From a virus: a stretch of 64,000 nt of DNA. This document shows, piece after piece, positions 25,831-35,608 of the stretch. The stretch's first letter is position 1. Each line of letters opens with the position of its first letter. Location of the stretch: the IMG/VR virus record IMGVR_UViG_3300009124_000003; one strand, 5' to 3'. Made by a program: the position numbers and the translations under genes. The notes below the pieces were generated by a model. That model saw nothing but the letters and a program-made list of their open reading frames with translations, searched no databases and was not told the DNA's origin.

Positions 25831-28800
25831 ATGGACCAGTTCGCAAACGACGACGATTTTAATCTCAAAGAAGAGGTCGCTGCCCTTTTTGAGTTGTGGG
25901 ACGATCCAGATTTCGCCGTCAAGGTGGGTCCTGAGATTGGTCCTAATGCTGACGCGCTCACGAGCCTGACTCGTGGTCGTGGCCCTCGTCGTGGTAACCT
26001 TGAAGATCTGTTGAAGTACTGGCGTCCTATTATGAAGAAGCCTGGCGGCTTCCGCCGTTGTGTTGTTATTCTTATGGATAAGCCGCAGTTTGGGGGTCGC
26101 CCTCAGCGTATCTGTGCGTGGCTTCACCACGAGATTACTGGCAAGTGGCCAAATGAGGGGAACCATCATGGCCGAGGCAAGGGAAAGGGTAAGCGCAAGC
26201 GCCGTGGGTCTCGCACTCGCAGTGTTCGTCGTGCTGGCCGCCGTTTGAAGACTGTTGACATTCTCCAAAGTGAGATTATGTTCATGCCTCTAGATGGTTC
26301 ACAAGAGATGGTTGATTTTAAGGTTAAGCGCGGTTCGCTTATCCCTAATGCCATTACTACTCCTCGCTCGCTGGGTCCGGTGGGTACGGCTGCGACCGGC
26401 GCTTTTTCGTTTGCTCTGCCTGGCGACTTGAGCGATATTCGCAGCCCAGTTCGTTCCGCTATTTTCGAAGCTTTGACTCCGGGCCTTCCCTCAGTTGGTG
26501 GCCGTCGTGGTATTGGCCGTCGTGGTGGTGGCGCTCGTAACAAGTTCCGTTGCCCTCCAGGTTTCCAGGCTGGCGGTACGTTCACGAACTCTAACTTCTC
26601 CACGTGTGGTCTGCGCGTATTGGGCATTCCTATGTCTGGTCCAGGTTCGTTTAAGGATTTCGAAATTATTCGTTCGTTGGCTGATGATGCAGATCTACGT
26701 CGTTCGATTGGCGATCTTCGCACGAACCGCAATTCTCGCGCGATTATCGAAAACTCTCAAATCCCTGCCGCCCCGAAAGAAGTCTCCATCGGTAAGCGTC
26801 AGTCGTCTATTGATTTGGTCGTGTCTTTGATTGATGCCGAACCGAACCTTGACCTAGGTCGTCGTTTCGTTCGTCGTGACGGCGTAATTCTCGACATTGT
26901 TCTACCAAACAATACTATTGCGGGTCTTGGTGAGTTTGACGACATGAATGACGGTGTTATTGTGTTGAACGAGAACCTTCGCAAGGAAGGTCAGATTGGT
27001 CAGGATCTTGTCCCTGTCATGGTGACCGGTCTTCGAGCTATCGTTTTCCATGTCCCAGGTCAAGGCACCATGTCGCTTCGTCGTGTCGGCGGCGACATGA
27101 CCGATGACGAGCGCAACGGTTTGGCCGCTGCTTGGGCTGCTGCTTTGACTTCTAGTCAGCGTCGGCCTGATGACCCGACTGCTGCGCTTCGCAACTTTGT
27201 TGAGAACAGCGACGGCCGGTATGTTCTGGACGAGAATATTTCGTCTGGTGGTGCGGGTGAAGACGCTGAGACGGAGTTTAACCGTGAGCTGATCGTGGTT
27301 GAGAGTAGCGCTGGCGCTAAGATCACTGTTCCACGTTGGGTGTATGAGTTGTATCTGAGTCGTGAAGCTCCTCGCCGTGAGGAAGAAGACACGATTTATT
27401 CTCTTGTTGAAGATGCCACGAAGATGGATGAGCTTTCTCGTTTTTCTGTCGTGAAGCATGACGTGGTGCCGGACGCTACGTTTGATTGTCACGGCTGGTC
27501 TGATGCTGCTGAACGTGTTGCCTGGTTTAATCAGGTGAAGGGTCTTGGGGGAAAAGCGGGTCGTGCGATCCCTGATCCTTCGGGAAAATTTAGGTGCCCC
27601 CTCGGTACTGGCGGGGGCGGTCAGTTCACCGATTCGAATGGGACGACGTGTGGTGCTCGCCTTGCTGCTAGCTTGATTGACAGTTTGTATACTGTTGGTC
27701 GTTCTTTGCGTGTGGCTGATCATGATATTGGTCGTGGGTCTAAGCGTCAGAAGCCTGTTAGGACACCGGAGGACGGTCAGGTTGTTGATCGTTTGCGGGC
27801 TGCTGGTCACGATATTGATGGTGTCGCTGAGATGACTGCTATGACTGTTGAGCAGATGCGTGAGTCTGTGAATGTTGCCCGTAACGCTGGTTTGGAAAAT
27901 GAAACAGGTTTGGGTGCTACTATCGGTCAGGGCGTTCCTGACCGTTCGGTGCTTTCGCCTGAAGATGCTTTCATGTTGCAGGGCGACGCTTTGATTGACG
28001 CTCTGGCTGACGTGCAGGACATGGTCAGCAATCCTGCGTTTGCAGATGCGGATCAGCCGTTGCGTTTGGAAGTGTTTGGCCAGCTTGAGGACTTGGCTAA
28101 CATTGAGGCTGCTCGTCGTGGGGTGGCGGAGTCCAATGATCGCGAGATCGGTCATCAACGACTGTTTGATACTATGCTGGGAGAGACGCTGGTTACGGTT
28201 GCTCCAGGTTCTGACACTGGCGATTCTCGCACTGTTGGAACGGCTCAAAGCGCTCGTGAGTTTTCGGGATCTGAAATGCTTGCGGCTATGCCTGAGCGTA
28301 TTGTTATTACGCCTGAAGAGTCTGAGCGGGCCAGGCGAGACGCCGAGAATCAGCGTCGTTTCGAAGAGGAAGAAGCTCAACGTCAGCGAGACATGCGCGG
28401 TGGGAATATCCCACTGCCAGATACGTTTGAGCCGTCGTCCGATTTTCAACCGCTTCGTATGGGCACTGGGTCGGATGACACATCCGCTGCGCCTCCGGTT
28501 CGTGAGTTCACCGCCGAAGAGCTTAACCTGCCAGAGGGTGTCGCTGCTCCTCCTCCACGTCAGTTGACTCCTGAGCAGTCAGCTCAGCGAGAGACCGATT
28601 GGGCAGAGACGCTTAGTGCCCTTGGCATTGCCGAAGTTGACGGCGTTGACATCGACAAGGTTGCTCAGAGCGCTGAAGAGTGGAATGCGTTTAACCGGTC
28701 GCAGGAAGATAGCGCCGCCCGCCTAGCTAAGGTGTCAGAGTTCCTGCAAGAGCGTTACCCTGATAAGCCTTGGGAACAGTGGACCGACAAGGGTCTTGAT

Positions 28801-29898
28801 CTGGGCCGTCTTTCGCCAGAAGAAATGACCGATTTGGCAGCTAAGATGTGGTCTATGGATGTAGAGTTCGAAGGCGGAATCCAAAAGGTACGGCTTGCAG
28901 ATGGCACTGAGCGCGATGTCCGCATGACTGTTACTCCACGGGCTGGAGGGTCTAGTTCTTTCATGACTGATAGTTTTGACGAGACCAAGCCTTTTGAAGT
29001 TGATGTTGATTATGATGCTGACGGTACCGTAAATATTAGCAGCCTCGGACATTTCGAACGCCGCTATTACGATGTAGAGACTGGCGAGTTGCTGGGAACT
29101 CAACACACTGGCGCATACGACCGATCTCTCAGTGTAAACGCAGAGACTGGCAAGTTCGTGGTTTACCATGAGTACATGCGTAACGATGCCGAGATTCAGT
29201 TCGGGGAGTTCGAAGGCTCGTCTCCTATTGGCGGAGGCTTGGCAAAAGAACTGAATTACCCGGCGTATGCTTACTACGAAGCCTTGACCGGTGATGCTCT
29301 CGTGGAGATTGGTGCTGCATATTCGGGACGATGGATCTGGCCCCGACAAGGCGCCGTTTCTCCTATTGACGACAGCCCTTCCAAAGAGGCGGCTTTCGGG
29401 CGCTTGACTGGCATTGCTAGCAACCCAATCTTCTCAGGAGGTAGGGCTGGTCCTGATGGCCGCAGTCAGAAACCTTCGGAACGACTTGCAGCCGCCCTGA
29501 TTGCTCCCACGCCAGAGCACCGATCCCGTTACGAAGCTCTAGGGGATCTGCGTGAGCGTGGCGCAGTTATTGACACTCGTGACGTTCAGCTTGCTATTGA
29601 AGCTCCTGTCGACGGTTTTGACGTGGATTCTGGGGCTATGATTGATGTGTCTCGCAACTCTATGATTGACCAGTCAAGTTTCTTGGAGATGAGTGACGGA
29701 ATGATCGACGTTCTTAGAAAGAGCGACGCTAACATCAATGGTCAGAGCTTCAGCGAATATTGGGACAGTATGTCGCCCGAAAATCAGGCACAGTTGGCTG
29801 CGGATATTGTGAAAGACCTAAACAAGATGTTCAAGGATCTGGGCATGGGCACTTCTCAGACCCCGATCACTCGTCTAGTTGACACGGGTGTCCGTTAA
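25831..29898 (+). CDS. Very large modular head-associated protein with Cys motifs and a C-terminal GNAT-like region
   Basis: RRCV..ICAWLHH motif; two RCPxG..GGxFT..TCG motifs; IGGGLA..Y..VEIGAA..GRWIW; leaderless start at 25831. Confidence 0.7.
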   Translation: MDQFANDDDFNLKEEVAALFELWDDPDFAVKVGPEIGPNADALTSLTRGRGPRRGNLEDLLKYWRPIMKKPGGFRRCVVILMDKPQFGGRPQRICAWLHHEITGKWPNEGNHHGRGKGKGKRKRRGSRTRSVRRAGRRLKTVDILQSEIMFMPLDGSQEMVDFKVKRGSLIPNAITTPRSLGPVGTAATGAFSFALPGDLSDIRSPVRSAIFEALTPGLPSVGGRRGIGRRGGGARNKFRCPPGFQAGGTFTNSNFSTCGLRVLGIPMSGPGSFKDFEIIRSLADDADLRRSIGDLRTNRNSRAIIENSQIPAAPKEVSIGKRQSSIDLVVSLIDAEPNLDLGRRFVRRDGVILDIVLPNNTIAGLGEFDDMNDGVIVLNENLRKEGQIGQDLVPVMVTGLRAIVFHVPGQGTMSLRRVGGDMTDDERNGLAAAWAAALTSSQRRPDDPTAALRNFVENSDGRYVLDENISSGGAGEDAETEFNRELIVVESSAGAKITVPRWVYELYLSREAPRREEEDTIYSLVEDATKMDELSRFSVVKHDVVPDATFDCHGWSDAAERVAWFNQVKGLGGKAGRAIPDPSGKFRCPLGTGGGGQFTDSNGTTCGARLAASLIDSLYTVGRSLRVADHDIGRGSKRQKPVRTPEDGQVVDRLRAAGHDIDGVAEMTAMTVEQMRESVNVARNAGLENETGLGATIGQGVPDRSVLSPEDAFMLQGDALIDALADVQDMVSNPAFADADQPLRLEVFGQLEDLANIEAARRGVAESNDREIGHQRLFDTMLGETLVTVAPGSDTGDSRTVGTAQSAREFSGSEMLAAMPERIVITPEESERARRDAENQRRFEEEEAQRQRDMRGGNIPLPDTFEPSSDFQPLRMGTGSDDTSAAPPVREFTAEELNLPEGVAAPPPRQLTPEQSAQRETDWAETLSALGIAEVDGVDIDKVAQSAEEWNAFNRSQEDSAARLAKVSEFLQERYPDKPWEQWTDKGLDLGRLSPEEMTDLAAKMWSMDVEFEGGIQKVRLADGTERDVRMTVTPRAGGSSSFMTDSFDETKPFEVDVDYDADGTVNISSLGHFERRYYDVETGELLGTQHTGAYDRSLSVNAETGKFVVYHEYMRNDAEIQFGEFEGSSPIGGGLAKELNYPAYAYYEALTGDALVEIGAAYSGRWIWPRQGAVSPIDDSPSKEAAFGRLTGIASNPIFSGGRAGPDGRSQKPSERLAAALIAPTPEHRSRYEALGDLRERGAVIDTRDVQLAIEAPVDGFDVDSGAMIDVSRNSMIDQSSFLEMSDGMIDVLRKSDANINGQSFSEYWDSMSPENQAQLAADIVKDLNKMFKDLGMGTSQTPITRLVDTGVR

Positions 29899-29914
29899 GG
29901 TTAGGATAAAAGGT

Positions 29915-30202
29915 ATGGATGAAAAGATTGAATATATCAGGACATTCGAGCACAGCCAGGTCGATCGCGCCGAATTGAAGCAGATGTTTGACTCTGTCGC
30001 CATTTTCGTGGCGATGGAACAGGGCGCTACCCCGGAGCAGGTCGCTTCGCAAGAATTCGCGTCTGCCGACCCTGAGGCTTACGAGAAGCGGTACATTGAA
30101 GTGATGTACAATAGTCTTAGGAAGGTTGAAGAAACCGGAAACTCCGCTATTGTTTCCGGCTGGGTTCAAGCTTTCCCTCCGCTTAAGCAGCCCGCAGACT
30201 GA
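29915..30202 (+). CDS. Small acidic hypothetical protein
   Basis: TAGGAT -10 lies 7 nt before ATG 29915. Confidence 0.7.
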   Translation: MDEKIEYIRTFEHSQVDRAELKQMFDSVAIFVAMEQGATPEQVASQEFASADPEAYEKRYIEVMYNSLRKVEETGNSAIVSGWVQAFPPLKQPAD

Positions 30203-30211
30203 GGATTTCTC

Positions 30212-31489
30212 ATGGCCGATCCGATTGATGACCAGACAGTTCCCACGGAAGAGATGGCTAAAGAGCTGTCGAAGATTCTAGGCTGTACTGGCGCGCACAA
30301 GATCGAAGACGGTAAGTGGGGTCCGTGTCCTTCACGAAAGCATCTTGATTATCTGATCAAGAACGGATCTCCTGCTTATCGTGAGTGGGTGGCTGCCCGC
30401 CGTAAGGCCGGTAAGAAGATGTTCCTCGTGGTCGAGGGCGCTTCTGTCGAATACACTGCCGACGATCTTAAGGCTGGAGAGCGGAAGATGAAGCCGTTCA
30501 AGTCTCGTCAAGCTGCCGAAATGCGCGCTCAAGAGATCGGGTGCTCCGGCGCTCACCAAAACGGACAGGGTCGCTGGTTACCGTGTCAGTCCTCTGAGGA
30601 GCTGAACGCACACCGAGCGAACCCTTCCCGTGTGGCTCGTCTTGCTGAGGCTCGTCGCCGTCAGGAAGGCGAGTCGTACGACTATGCAGGCGTGGGTATC
30701 GAAACCTTGCCTGGCGGCGGTCTTGTCTCTGCTAAGATTGGCCGTTCAGATTCTTTTAAACCGACCGCAGGTATGGTTACCGAGGCCGAGCGTGGCTTGG
30801 AATGGCGTCGGGAGTTTGGCCGTGGTGGCACGAGCGTCGGCATTTCTCGTGCCCGTGACATCAAGAACGGTAGAAACCTTCCGTTTGCCACGGTGAAGCG
30901 CGTCAAGGCGTTCTTTGATCGTCACCAGTCGGACAAAGAGGCCGAGGGTTGGCGGCCGGGCGAGAAGGGTTACCCTTCGAACGGCCGTATCGCTCACGCC
31001 CTTTGGGGCGGCGACGCCGGTTACACTTGGGCGAAAGACATTGTTGAGCGTGTCGAGAAGGCGGAGATGAAGGAAAAGGCTGCCCGGGGTGGCGATCCGA
31101 AGACTCCAGCTAAGCCGTCTGAGCGTGTCTCTGGTTCGAGCCGCAACAAGCCCGGTTCTGCTTCTGGTGCCCGTGGAGGTATTGAGCTTAGTGCCTCGGT
31201 TGAGAAGTCGCTTGAGAATAAGGTCAAGGACCACAACGAAAAGATGAAGGAGCAGGACAAGGGTAAGGGCTCTCGTGCTACTCTTGGCGCTTTGAAGGCT
31301 GTGTGGCGCCGCGGCGCTGGTGCTTTCTCTAGCACGCATCGTCCTGGCATGGGACGTCAGCAGTGGGCTATGGGCCGTGTCAACGCATATCTGCATCTGC
31401 TTTCCACGGGTAAGCCGAAGAACGCGAAGTACACGACTGATAACGATCTGCTTCCTAAGGAGCATAAGCGTTCCACGAAGAAGAAGTGA
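30212..31489 (+). CDS. Basic modular head-associated protein (2 GCxGxH..PC micro-domains plus two further domains)
   Basis: 425 aa; RGGTSVG..RARDI..RHQ..GRIAHALWGGDAG and VWRRGAGAFS..HRP..WAMGRVNAYL segments. Confidence 0.75.
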   Translation: MADPIDDQTVPTEEMAKELSKILGCTGAHKIEDGKWGPCPSRKHLDYLIKNGSPAYREWVAARRKAGKKMFLVVEGASVEYTADDLKAGERKMKPFKSRQAAEMRAQEIGCSGAHQNGQGRWLPCQSSEELNAHRANPSRVARLAEARRRQEGESYDYAGVGIETLPGGGLVSAKIGRSDSFKPTAGMVTEAERGLEWRREFGRGGTSVGISRARDIKNGRNLPFATVKRVKAFFDRHQSDKEAEGWRPGEKGYPSNGRIAHALWGGDAGYTWAKDIVERVEKAEMKEKAARGGDPKTPAKPSERVSGSSRNKPGSASGARGGIELSASVEKSLENKVKDHNEKMKEQDKGKGSRATLGALKAVWRRGAGAFSSTHRPGMGRQQWAMGRVNAYLHLLSTGKPKNAKYTTDNDLLPKEHKRSTKKK

Positions 31490-31496
31490 GCCGGTT

Positions 31497-31934
31497 ATGG
31501 CTGCTTTGAACTTTCCCGCTAGCCCTAGCGTAGATGATACGTATAGTTTTGGCGACCGTACTTGGCGTTGGGACGGTACTGTTTGGGTCACTGTTAACGG
31601 TTCTAATTTGTTTCATGACGCTGGCGCGCCGTCGGACTCTGTTGGCCGTGAGGGTGATTTTTATCTTGACACGTCGGCTGGTAAGCTGTATGGGCCGAAG
31701 GGTGCTTCGTCTTGGGCGGTTGATGAGTTGGCTTTGATCCCTAAGCGTTTCTCGTTTTCTCAACCTGTTGCTGCTGCCACATGGAACATTACGCATGATT
31801 TGGACGGGTTTCCGTCTGTGTCGGTCGTGGACAGTGCAGGATCAATCGTTGTGGGTGATGTAGAATATAATAGTACGAGCAGTATCACTGTTAGTTTCGA
31901 AAGTGCTTTCGCTGGAACTGCATACCTTACCTGA
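31497..31934 (+). CDS. Virion structural/fibre-associated protein
   Basis: LNFPASP..WRWDG, GDFYLDT..KLYGPK, WNITHDL..PSVSVVD; start moved to ATG 31497. Confidence 0.75.
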   Translation: MAALNFPASPSVDDTYSFGDRTWRWDGTVWVTVNGSNLFHDAGAPSDSVGREGDFYLDTSAGKLYGPKGASSWAVDELALIPKRFSFSQPVAAATWNITHDLDGFPSVSVVDSAGSIVVGDVEYNSTSSITVSFESAFAGTAYLT

Positions 31935-31951
31935 TTTGATTTGGAGGAGCT

Positions 31952-33778
31952 GTGGCTCAGAAATTCCTGACTAATCTGGACCTCAACAAGAACGAGTTGC
32001 AGAACGCTAAGATTCAGAATCTTGGCACGGCTCCTTCTACTCCTGCTGATGGTCAGATTTATTTCGATACCAGCGATAATGCGCTGAAGATTTACGATGG
32101 CACTTCCTGGGTTAACCTTCAAGAGGGTGACATTTCTGGCGTTACGGCTGGCACTAACCTAAACGGTGGTGGCACTTCAGGCGCTGTTACCCTAAACCTG
32201 GACACTACGATTACGGGTCTAACGTCCGTGACGTCGACAGGCTTTACTGGTTCTCTTACGGGTAATGCCGACACAGCTACTGCTCTTGAAACTGCCCGCA
32301 CCATTGGCGGTGTTTCGTTTGATGGTTCTGCGAACATTAATTTGCCGGGTGTTAACACCGCTGGCAATCAGGACACGAGCGGTAACGCTGCGACGGCCAC
32401 GGCCCTGGAAACGGCTCGAACGATTGCTGGTACGTCCTTTGACGGCACAGCGAACATTAGCATCGACGCCAATAACCTTTCAGGTACTACTCTTAACTCT
32501 GGTGTGACAGGCTCGTCTCTTACGAGTGTTGGCACGCTTGGGAGTTTGACTGTTTCAGGTCTAATTACTGCTAACGGCGGTCTTACAATTCAGGCCACTG
32601 ACACGTTTACGTTTGACAGTGTGGCGTTGACCACGGTCCAGACAAGCGCTGAGTCTTTTGCCGATAACGACACGTCGCTTATGACTTCAGCGGCGATTAA
32701 CGACTTGGTTGGTTCTAGCGGTGTCACTAGCCTTACGGGTACCGCAGGCGAGGTTGAGGTAAGTGCGGGTACTGGCGATATTACGATTGGGCTGCCTGAC
32801 AATGTTACGATCGCAGGTAACCTTACTGTAAACGGCGATACGACCACGGTAAACACAGCTACGCTTTCGGTTGAAGACCCGCTGATTGTTCTTGCTAACG
32901 GAAACGATGCTGCTGACTCGGTAGACATCGGTTTCTACGGCCTGTACGACACGTCTGGTTCTCAAGATCTTTACGCTGGTCTGTTCCGTGACGCTAACGA
33001 CAGCGGCAAGTTCAAGCTGTTTGCTGATCTTCAGGCTGAGCCGACTACGACGGTTAACACAGGTGGAGCGGGTTACACGGCCGCTACGCTGGTCGTGGGT
33101 ACCCTGGAAGGCGCTGTCACTGGTAATGTGACTGGTGATGTTACGGGTAACGCTGATACTGCTACGGCTCTTGAAACGGCTCGCACTATCGGTGGCGTCT
33201 CGTTCGATGGCACCGCAAACATCAACTTGCCGGGTGTTAACACCTCCGGTACGCAGGACACAAGCGGCAACGCTGCCACTGCTACCGCTTTGGAGACTGC
33301 CCGGACGATCAACGGTACTTCGTTCGACGGTACAGCTAACATTACTGTAACCGCTGCTGCTGGCACGCTGACCGGTACCGAACTTAACTCTTCGGTTGTC
33401 ACCTCGTCTCTGACTGCTCTGGGCACAATCGCCACGGGCGTGTGGGCTGCGACTGACGTTGCTGTCGCCCACGGCGGTACTGGCGCTTCTGACGCAGCCA
33501 CTGCCCGAGATAACTTGGGCGCTACGGCTTCTGGCCTGTCGGGTACTACGCTTGCCCGAATCGCTGCTGTTGACTGTGCCGCCGATACGGCTGGCACTAG
33601 CACCACGACGGTTACCCACAACTTCGGTACTGCTGATGTGATGGTTCAGGTTTACGATGTGGCTACTGGCGCTACTGTTGTTGGCGACACTGTTCGTACG
33701 TCTACTAACGTGGTGACTGTGACGCTGCTTGGTACGATCACTGCTGGCGATTACCGAATTGTGGTTACCGCTGCCTGA
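31952..33778 (+). CDS. Fibre-like virion protein with ATALETARTI repeats
   Basis: T/G/A-rich; repeated GNADTATALETARTIGGVSFDG; C-terminal THNFGT..VQVYD. Confidence 0.8.
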   Translation: MAQKFLTNLDLNKNELQNAKIQNLGTAPSTPADGQIYFDTSDNALKIYDGTSWVNLQEGDISGVTAGTNLNGGGTSGAVTLNLDTTITGLTSVTSTGFTGSLTGNADTATALETARTIGGVSFDGSANINLPGVNTAGNQDTSGNAATATALETARTIAGTSFDGTANISIDANNLSGTTLNSGVTGSSLTSVGTLGSLTVSGLITANGGLTIQATDTFTFDSVALTTVQTSAESFADNDTSLMTSAAINDLVGSSGVTSLTGTAGEVEVSAGTGDITIGLPDNVTIAGNLTVNGDTTTVNTATLSVEDPLIVLANGNDAADSVDIGFYGLYDTSGSQDLYAGLFRDANDSGKFKLFADLQAEPTTTVNTGGAGYTAATLVVGTLEGAVTGNVTGDVTGNADTATALETARTIGGVSFDGTANINLPGVNTSGTQDTSGNAATATALETARTINGTSFDGTANITVTAAAGTLTGTELNSSVVTSSLTALGTIATGVWAATDVAVAHGGTGASDAATARDNLGATASGLSGTTLARIAAVDCAADTAGTSTTTVTHNFGTADVMVQVYDVATGATVVGDTVRTSTNVVTVTLLGTITAGDYRIVVTAA

Positions 33779-34597
33779 TAGCGCAGTTTCAATTGATTCA
33801 AGTTAGGGAAGAGGGTCGGCTTACGCTGGCCCTCTTTCTTGTTGTAGAATAACAGTGTACGTTGCGTTTCGGCTTGAGGGCTGATTCTTACAGGAAGGGC
33901 GGTTGAGGCCGTGGCTCAGAGTTTTAAGACTGGTATTACTGTTGATGATGCGACTGCGGCTTCTTCGCAAGCGCTTGCTACTAACGTTAATGGTGATACG
34001 AATAACCGTTTGATTATTGATGCGGGTGGTAAGATCACCTGGGGTTCTGGTTCTGCTACTGGCGATACTACGTTGTATCGCGATAGTGCTGATACTTTGA
34101 AGACGGACGATGCGTTTACTGCTGCTTCTTTGGCTGTCACGGGTGCTTTTACGCTGCCGACTTCTGATGGTTCTTCAAGTCAGGTTTTGGTGACTGATGG
34201 TTTGGGTGCTGTGACGTGGCAGAATCAGGCTGGCGGTGGTGGTAGCCCTGGCGGTTCTGATGGTCAGGTGCAGTACAATAACGGTGGTGCGTTTGGCGGC
34301 GCTTCGTCGCTTTACTACGACGATGTGAATAATCGTGTAGGTATCGGCAACGCTGTTCCTTCGACGGTTTTGGATGTCACGGGTACTGTGACGGCTACTG
34401 CTTTCTCGGGTCCTTTGACGGGCGCTGTGACTGGTAATGCTTCCACGGCGACTGCTCTTCAAACTGCCAGGACGATTGGTGGCGTGTCGTTTGACGGCAC
34501 TGCCAACATCAACTTGCCGGGTGTGAACACTGCGGGTAATCAGGACACGTCGGGTAACGCTGCTACGGCGACTGCGCTAGCTACGGCCCGCACGATT
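32261..34597 (+). repeat. Three diverged ~165-bp fibre repeat copies (about 32261, 33146, 34433)
   Basis: Each encodes GNA.TATAL.TARTIGGVSFDG.ANINLPGVNT.G.QDTSGNAATATAL; differences are mostly synonymous. Confidence 0.85.
33809..33840 (+). terminator. Intrinsic terminator
   Basis: aagagggtcggc-ttac-gctggccctctt followed by T-rich tail. Confidence 0.75.
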
Positions 34598-35608
34598 GAT
34601 ATTACGGGTGATATTACGGCTACTGCTGTGGCGTTTGATGGTACGGCGAACATTGCGATTTCGGCTGCGGTTAACAACGATTCCCACACGCACGACACTC
34701 GGTATTACACCGAGTCGGAGTCTGACGCTAAGTACCTGTTGAATACGACTGACTCGTTGAGCGGCGACTTGACGGTTACGGGCCGCACTATTGTCGGCAA
34801 CGGCAGCGCAAGTGCCCCCAGTCTGTCATTCTCTGGAGACTCCAACACGGGTTTCTACATCACAGGCAACAACGGCGTTATCTGGTGGTCAGGCAACAAC
34901 AACTCGGGCGGTTACTTGTGGAACGGCGGCATCCGCACCGATAACGGGACAACGGGCACGCCGTCGCACTCGTTTACTGGCGATGCTAACACGGGCATGT
35001 ACCTTGTCAGCGCTGATCGCCTTGGTTTCACTACGGGCGGCGCAGCCCGCATGTACATCCAAAACAGTTCGACGGGTTTGAGCGGCAACGGCACCCGTGC
35101 GTTCTCGGTGAAGGCCAGCGGAGCGCACGAAATGTACCGCACCAACACCAGCGCTACAGCAGGCATTCTTGCGCTTTACTCTGACAACGGTTCAACTGCT
35201 GACCTTCAATGGCTCGTGTACGGCGACGGCGACACCGCCTCCGACACAGGCAGCTACGGCGGCATCTCCGACAACCGTCTCAAGACGAACATCGTTGCGT
35301 ACAAAGACCCGACCGATGATCTTATGGCGATCAACGTTATTAAGTACGACTTGTCTAAGACTTCGACTGGCATTGACGACAACGGCGACCCGATCATCGT
35401 GGATCGAAACGAATCGAAGACGATGACGGGTTGGGATGCCCAGCAGGTCCAGAGCGTCAAGCCTGGGTTCGTGAAGCTGGATGCTGAGCGAGGCATTTTG
35501 TCGGTGAAGTCGTCGGTGTTTCTTCCGTTGCTGCACCGTGGTTTTCAAGTTCATGAGGACAAGATTGCGGCGCTTGAGGCTCGGATTGCTGAGCTAGAGG
35601 CCGGATGA
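33911..35608 (+). CDS. Fibre protein with a C-terminal S74 intramolecular chaperone
   Basis: GTG start; beta-repeat fibre body; SDNRLKTNI...GWDAQQVQ...LEARIAELE. Confidence 0.85.
   Translation: MAQSFKTGITVDDATAASSQALATNVNGDTNNRLIIDAGGKITWGSGSATGDTTLYRDSADTLKTDDAFTAASLAVTGAFTLPTSDGSSSQVLVTDGLGAVTWQNQAGGGGSPGGSDGQVQYNNGGAFGGASSLYYDDVNNRVGIGNAVPSTVLDVTGTVTATAFSGPLTGAVTGNASTATALQTARTIGGVSFDGTANINLPGVNTAGNQDTSGNAATATALATARTIDITGDITATAVAFDGTANIAISAAVNNDSHTHDTRYYTESESDAKYLLNTTDSLSGDLTVTGRTIVGNGSASAPSLSFSGDSNTGFYITGNNGVIWWSGNNNSGGYLWNGGIRTDNGTTGTPSHSFTGDANTGMYLVSADRLGFTTGGAARMYIQNSSTGLSGNGTRAFSVKASGAHEMYRTNTSATAGILALYSDNGSTADLQWLVYGDGDTASDTGSYGGISDNRLKTNIVAYKDPTDDLMAINVIKYDLSKTSTGIDDNGDPIIVDRNESKTMTGWDAQQVQSVKPGFVKLDAERGILSVKSSVFLPLLHRGFQVHEDKIAALEARIAELEAG

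Noticed and set aside
32261-34597. Diversity-generating retroelement TR/VR pair in the fibre repeats
   Set aside because: Copies differ at all bases, mainly at synonymous sites rather than specifically at adenines; all are in-frame coding; no reverse transcriptase is in the window.
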